A model generated the notes under the pieces. That model saw only the letters and a program-made list of their open reading frames with translations. It did not search any database and had not been told where the DNA came from. Made by a program: the position numbers and the translations under genes. From Candidatus Scalinduaceae bacterium (lineage in GTDB: Bacteria > Planctomycetota > Brocadiia > Brocadiales > Scalinduaceae), in assembly GCA_046759445.1 (NCBI GenBank), contig JBHICG010000001.1, positions 64,001-128,000 on the forward strand: DNA of 64,000 nucleotides, in the 5' to 3' direction. Positions 59,638-64,000 of the stretch are shown here, in pieces (positions within the stretch are counted from its first letter, which is position 1; each line of letters starts with the position of its first letter).

Positions 59638-59691
59638 TTATATGCCTATTATACAAATTCTTGATTTTCAACTTTTTAATATAAATTTTTT

Positions 59692-60531
59692 TTAGTCAAC
59701 AGACCACATATATATTTTGTCAATGGTACTATCTTTATTCTTTGCACCAACCATGAAACATTTTGATTGACAAGGAATATTCTCACCAAAGACTTCAATT
59801 CTTATCTTTAAATCACCATTATCTGTAGAATAACGCACAGGGATTCTGGTATAGTTATGATCAACCTCAATATGGCAAATATCAAAACTAAGACTATCTT
59901 CTTCTTTCCCTGCCATGTACCATTCTAATACATCCACAAATATACATTCTCCAGGAGCAATATTAACAGATCGCCTATAGGGTTGAACGTTGTTATCCGT
60001 AAATTTAAGAATTTCCTCCCTACCAGTGGTTCCCTCAACTATCAGTTTAGCCTTAACATCTTTAATTGTTGTTACAGAAGAATCATTGTGAATAGAAATT
60101 CTCCACACTCGCTCAAAGCGATCATATATATGTTTTGTGTTTGGATTCTTATTTTTTTGGAAAGTATCATGACAATAACTTGGATTATTTTCAGAAAAAT
60201 CTATTCGTAATTTAGGTTTTTGCTGTTCTTCTAAAAATTCTATTGTTTGCTGTTTAGAATTTATAATATCTTGTTGTTCTTCGTAGATATCTTCAGGTAC
60301 AAGACGCAGTGATTTCCATAAAAATAGAACTCCAAACATTATTATTACTCCTATAAATTCATAAAGTAATGACATTAAAATGTTATAATTTTTATTGGCT
60401 ACAAGAATACCATTAATAATTGTTCCAATGATTATAGTGGCAATCTCGTATAATTTCTTTTCCTTAAAAAATTCCCAAATTTCGTTCTTTGTTCTTAAAA
60501 GGCGAATTTTGTGGTATTTTCTAGATTCCAT
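59692..60531 (-). CDS. Hypothetical protein: 2 TM + coiled coil + beta-rich C-domain
   Basis: 279-aa ORF; hydrophobicity pattern only. Confidence 0.65.
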   Translation of the reverse strand: MESRKYHKIRLLRTKNEIWEFFKEKKLYEIATIIIGTIINGILVANKNYNILMSLLYEFIGVIIMFGVLFLWKSLRLVPEDIYEEQQDIINSKQQTIEFLEEQQKPKLRIDFSENNPSYCHDTFQKNKNPNTKHIYDRFERVWRISIHNDSSVTTIKDVKAKLIVEGTTGREEILKFTDNNVQPYRRSVNIAPGECIFVDVLEWYMAGKEEDSLSFDICHIEVDHNYTRIPVRYSTDNGDLKIRIEVFGENIPCQSKCFMVGAKNKDSTIDKIYMWSVD

Positions 60532-60691
60532 GCCCAGATTCTATTGTCTGGACTATGTTGTGTCAAAAAAAATAATTCAAATTAGGACACTGCCAAAAAA
60601 TTAATCAATTCTTGACATAATATATGATAATCGGCTATACTAAAAGTTTATTTATAGTCCTAATAACAAATATGTATAAGGAGTGTTCAAA

Positions 60692-61156
60692 ATGAGTGAA
60701 GGTTGTCCAGGATCAAGAACGATGGATTTCAGTGAAAAAGATGAACAAGTTGAAGAAACAGGCGCACGCCAGTCTCAACTGAAGCAATGGCCGATTCAGT
60801 TGCACCTGGTTTCTCCACAAGCACCGTATTTTCAGGAGAGGGACATATTACTTGTAGCAGACTGCGTGCCTTTTGCCCTGGCAGATTTCCACAAGGATTA
60901 TCTTAAAGGAAAAAGTCTGGCCATCGCCTGTCCAAAGCTGGACTCAGAACAGGAAATTTATGTAGATAAGATTACGTCTTTGATTGATGAATCAAAGATC
61001 AATACCTTAACGGTTATGATAATGAAGGTACCCTGCTGTATGGGTTTGACTCATATTGCAAAAGCTGGCGCCGACAAAGCTAGCCGCAAGATACCGATCA
61101 AGCAGGTAGTTGTAGATGTAGCAGGCGGTCAAATCCTATCCGAAGACTGGATTTAA
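60692..61156 (+). CDS. Cys-rich Fe-S oxidoreductase-associated protein
   Basis: GCPGS, SQLKQWPIQL, ADCVPF, IACPKLD, MKVPCCMGL; AAGGAG RBS before ATG 60692. Confidence 0.8.
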   Translation: MSEGCPGSRTMDFSEKDEQVEETGARQSQLKQWPIQLHLVSPQAPYFQERDILLVADCVPFALADFHKDYLKGKSLAIACPKLDSEQEIYVDKITSLIDESKINTLTVMIMKVPCCMGLTHIAKAGADKASRKIPIKQVVVDVAGGQILSEDWI

Positions 61157-61181
61157 GACTTGATCATTTTCCAAATATAAG

Positions 61182-61217
61182 AAACTCCTGGGAAGCCAAA
61201 AGCTTCTCAGGGGTTTT
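61182..61217. terminator. Probable bidirectional intrinsic terminator
   Basis: aaactcctgggaagc-caaaa-gcttctcaggggtttt between convergent genes. Confidence 0.65.
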
Positions 61218-61354
61218 ATTATAACTATAAAATTTAACCGCACTCACCAAAAAACTCGTCGGGCAGGGAGATAACAGAGTAAAGACACTTAGCCGCAGAC
61301 TTACTTAGCGTAGCCGCAACCAAAAGTATATCGACAATCGCAAATCCTTCATGT

Positions 61355-61714
61355 TTATCCTTCAATAATAAGCCGTAGTCCACAGTCAGAACATTCCTTT
61401 GCATCCTTACCAACATGGTGACCGCAGGCAGGGCATTTGCCCTGATCGGCCCATTCCTGTGATTCCCTGATTTCCGGATGCAATTCCATGTAATATTCAT
61501 CAATACTGACAAGGGCTGCCTGAGCATCCTTTTTAGCAACCAGGAGATGGAATTGGCACCCGCACGTTCCAGCACTGCATCCAGGAGCAAGCGCTATGCG
61601 GGAGGGAATATCCTTCTCAGAAAGCATGTGAGATAACTTCTGGATCCATTCTTGTTCTTCTTCCTTAATTACTACCCATTCGTCATGGGCTTCATCTGGA
61701 ATTGGAGTTTTCAT
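61355..61714 (-). CDS. Small Cys-rich protein with C-terminal zinc ribbon
   Basis: CSAGTCGC and CPACG...CSDCG. Confidence 0.75.
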   Translation of the reverse strand: MKTPIPDEAHDEWVVIKEEEQEWIQKLSHMLSEKDIPSRIALAPGCSAGTCGCQFHLLVAKKDAQAALVSIDEYYMELHPEIRESQEWADQGKCPACGHHVGKDAKECSDCGLRLIIEG

Positions 61715-61783
61715 GTAAATACACCTTTATTCAAAAATTACGCTATTTAGCTCGTTTTCGTCTTTCCTTATAAGATGCCGGTC

Positions 61784-61834
61784 ATTTCTTTATTTCTTTA
61801 TTTCTTTATCTCTTTATCTCTTTATCTCTTTATC
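61784..61834. repeat. Octamer tandem repeat (ATYTCTTT)x6
   Basis: atttcttt x3, then atctcttt x3. Confidence 0.85.
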
Positions 61835-61904
61835 AAAACCATTGTCTGCAGGTTTATAGTATCCCCTGCCACCAACTCCCGCACATACTGTCAGACTTGC
61901 AAAC

Positions 61905-63554
61905 CTAAATGGGACAACTTATGTCTTCCAATTCTCCGCTGAAGACTTTCTTGTTCTCAGAATAGTCTATCGGACATTCGATAATGACCGGTCCTTTCTC
62001 ATCAAAAGCCTTCTCTAACTCAGGAAGAAGCTCGTCTGTAGAATTAATCTTGAATCCTTTAGCCCCATAACTCTCAGCATACTTGACAAAATCAGGGTTG
62101 CCGTAATCTAGGGCAAAATTCTTGTACCCATAAATCTGCTGCTTCCATTTAATAAAGCCATAGGCATTGTCGTTAAGGATGAGTACAACTACGTTTAGTC
62201 CCAATCTCACTGCTGTCTCTAATTCCTGGGAATTCATCATAAAACCACCATCCCCTACAACCGCCAGAACTTTCTTTTTCGGATGGACTATTTTACCCGC
62301 CATCGCGCTGGGCAGTCCAGCGCCCATAGTAGCCAGGGTATTATCCAGGAGGAAGGTGCCAATGTTGTAGGTTTCGTAATGACGCGAGAACCAGAGTTTG
62401 TAGATACCATTGTCCAGACAGAGAACGTCTTCCTTTCCGAGTGTCTTCCTGCAATCGGCAACTATGCGACGTGGTTTAAGAGGATAACTTGGGTCATCTG
62501 CACCTTCTACAAACAGTTTGGCATTTAATTCTTTTTTTACTCTCTCCTCATACTCCCCGCTATAATAGTAACCTTTCAATTCTTTACCCAGTAATTCCAG
62601 GGAAGTTCCTATATCTCCTACAAGTTCCCAATCAGGGTTGTAATAAGTATCAGTCCTCGCGGGGTTAAAGTTAAGATGGAGAATCTTCTTATCCATATTT
62701 TTGTTCCAGACGCTAGGAGGATGCTCACGAGTAGAGTAGCCAACCGTAATGACCAAATCTGCTCTGTCAACCACACAATGAACGTAATCTTTTTTATGAA
62801 TGCCGAATGCATAAAGGCAGTTTTTATGATCTGCTCCCAATACACCTTTCCCTAATTGAGTATGAATGGCATAAATGTTGGTTTGGTCACAGAATTTCCG
62901 TAAGGCATCACGGACTAAGTTCCTTTGAGCCCTGCTGGAGACAATGATAATGGGGTGTTCGGCTTTCCGAATTATCTCAGCAGCTATCCTGACCCCCTTA
63001 GTATCTGCAATAGGCCGTCGCACTTTGATTGACTTCTGTGGATGGATAGAATCATCAACCTTCTCGTTAGCAATATCTTCAGGCACCTCAATATGACAGA
63101 CTCCTTGCCGTTCTGTTGTTGCTACTTTAAAGGCCATTCTAATCTCTTTTGGAATTGGTTTCGGACCTTTAATTTGCACCACCCTCTTGGTAAGTGACTT
63201 CATCATGTTAACAACATCCAGAACCTGAAAATTTGCCAGTTCATTGTTGCGAATTCCTTTCTGTCCGGTGATTGCCAGCAGAGGCATTCCACCAAGTTGA
63301 GCGTGGGCAATTCCCGTTACTAAGTTAGTTGCACCCGGACCCAGGGTAGACATGCAAACCCCTACTTTCCCGGTTAATCTCCCGTAAGTAGCCGCCATAA
63401 AAGCCGCTGCCTGCTCATGGCGGTTAACTATTACCTTTATATTAGATTTCCGCAAACTTTCCAGGAGGTGCAGGTTTTCCTCACCGGGAACGGTAAAAAT
63501 ATACTCCACTCTTTCTTCTTCCAAACATTTGACAAATAAATCAGAAGCTTTCAT
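61905..63554 (-). CDS. Acetolactate synthase large subunit family (ThDP enzyme)
   Basis: PGEENL, RHEQAAAFMA, TLGPGATN, GDGGFMMN..E...LND. Confidence 0.93.
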   Translation of the reverse strand: MKASDLFVKCLEEERVEYIFTVPGEENLHLLESLRKSNIKVIVNRHEQAAAFMAATYGRLTGKVGVCMSTLGPGATNLVTGIAHAQLGGMPLLAITGQKGIRNNELANFQVLDVVNMMKSLTKRVVQIKGPKPIPKEIRMAFKVATTERQGVCHIEVPEDIANEKVDDSIHPQKSIKVRRPIADTKGVRIAAEIIRKAEHPIIIVSSRAQRNLVRDALRKFCDQTNIYAIHTQLGKGVLGADHKNCLYAFGIHKKDYVHCVVDRADLVITVGYSTREHPPSVWNKNMDKKILHLNFNPARTDTYYNPDWELVGDIGTSLELLGKELKGYYYSGEYEERVKKELNAKLFVEGADDPSYPLKPRRIVADCRKTLGKEDVLCLDNGIYKLWFSRHYETYNIGTFLLDNTLATMGAGLPSAMAGKIVHPKKKVLAVVGDGGFMMNSQELETAVRLGLNVVVLILNDNAYGFIKWKQQIYGYKNFALDYGNPDFVKYAESYGAKGFKINSTDELLPELEKAFDEKGPVIIECPIDYSENKKVFSGELEDISCPI

Positions 63555-64000
63555 GGTTCATACACATTGATTGCCTTCACATTAACGAATTCTCTCAATC
63601 CGTATTTTGATAGTTCTCGACCAATACCACTTTTTTTGATACCTCCAAAAGGAATGCGAGGGTCTGATTTTACAAAGGAGTTAACAAAGGCGCAGCCGCA
63701 TTCAAGTTGTCGTGCAATTCTCTTTCCTCGTTCAATATCTTTCGTCCAGACGCTCCCGCCCAGTCCAAACTCGGTTGCATTCGCCACTTTTACGGCATCT
63801 TCTTCGTCCGCGACAACAATAATCGGGGCAACTGGACCAAACACTTCTTCTTTGACTACTTTCATTTCCTTTGTCGTATTAACAAGAATCGTTGGTTCGT
63901 AGAAATACCCCTTATCTTTAGCTCGCTTCCCTCCCGTGAGGATGGTAGCGCCTTTATCAACGGCATCATTAACTTGATCCTCAATTTGCTCTACAGCCTT
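63551..64000 (-). CDS. NAD(P)-dependent aldehyde dehydrogenase (SSADH-like), 3' part
   Basis: EEVFGPV, FGLGGSVW, PFGGIKKSGIGRE; frame stays open to the window edge. Confidence 0.92.
   Translation of the reverse strand, partial: KAVEQIEDQVNDAVDKGATILTGGKRAKDKGYFYEPTILVNTTKEMKVVKEEVFGPVAPIIVVADEEDAVKVANATEFGLGGSVWTKDIERGKRIARQLECGCAFVNSFVKSDPRIPFGGIKKSGIGRELSKYGLREFVNVKAINVYEP

Noticed and set aside
631..63902. Many 60-155 aa ORF-track entries antisense to or nested in long genes (e.g. 631, 5574, 9322, 20986, 31726, 43918, 50119, 50647, 61234, 63567) and AT-rich ORFs at 1943, 2401, 5156, 43062
   Set aside because: They are shadows of real genes or translations of repeat DNA, with no motifs or RBS support

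Overview
AT-rich bacterial chromosome segment. The gene mix suggests an anaerobe, possibly an anammox-type Planctomycete, but this is inference only. There are four blocks. (1) 1-14.3 kb: housekeeping and envelope genes (TPR, NHL, TonB/ExbB/ExbD, HAD-YvcK fusion, tRNA thiolase-like, MEMO1). (2) 14.4-47.7 kb: about 33 kb with every credible gene on the + strand. It holds two ECF sigma/zinc anti-sigma pairs, RND efflux, many thiol-redox proteins, a 12-heme cytochrome c, a PiT transporter, four glycosyltransferases (one TIGR04283-like), DUF547 and DUF3179. It ends in a PqqD-like/radical SAM-SPASM/arsenite methyltransferase fusion, making it a candidate organoarsenical biosynthesis or detoxification island. 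(3) 47.7-58.5 kb: a minus-strand integron cassette array with five complete attC sites, several half-sites and two copies of a 236-bp attI-like leader, but no integrase in the window. Its cargo looks defensive: beta-barrel-TIR, an R-M pair, a HEPN-like protein, FRG, and an unknown small hairpin protein plus HEXXH protein pair. A 2-kb repeat-bounded unit with a TA-like pair follows. (4) 60.7-64 kb: metabolic genes. REP/MITE-like palindromes are abundant and three lie in-frame inside coding sequences. No rRNA, tRNA or CRISPR array was seen. All family calls come from motif recognition by eye, not from database searches.
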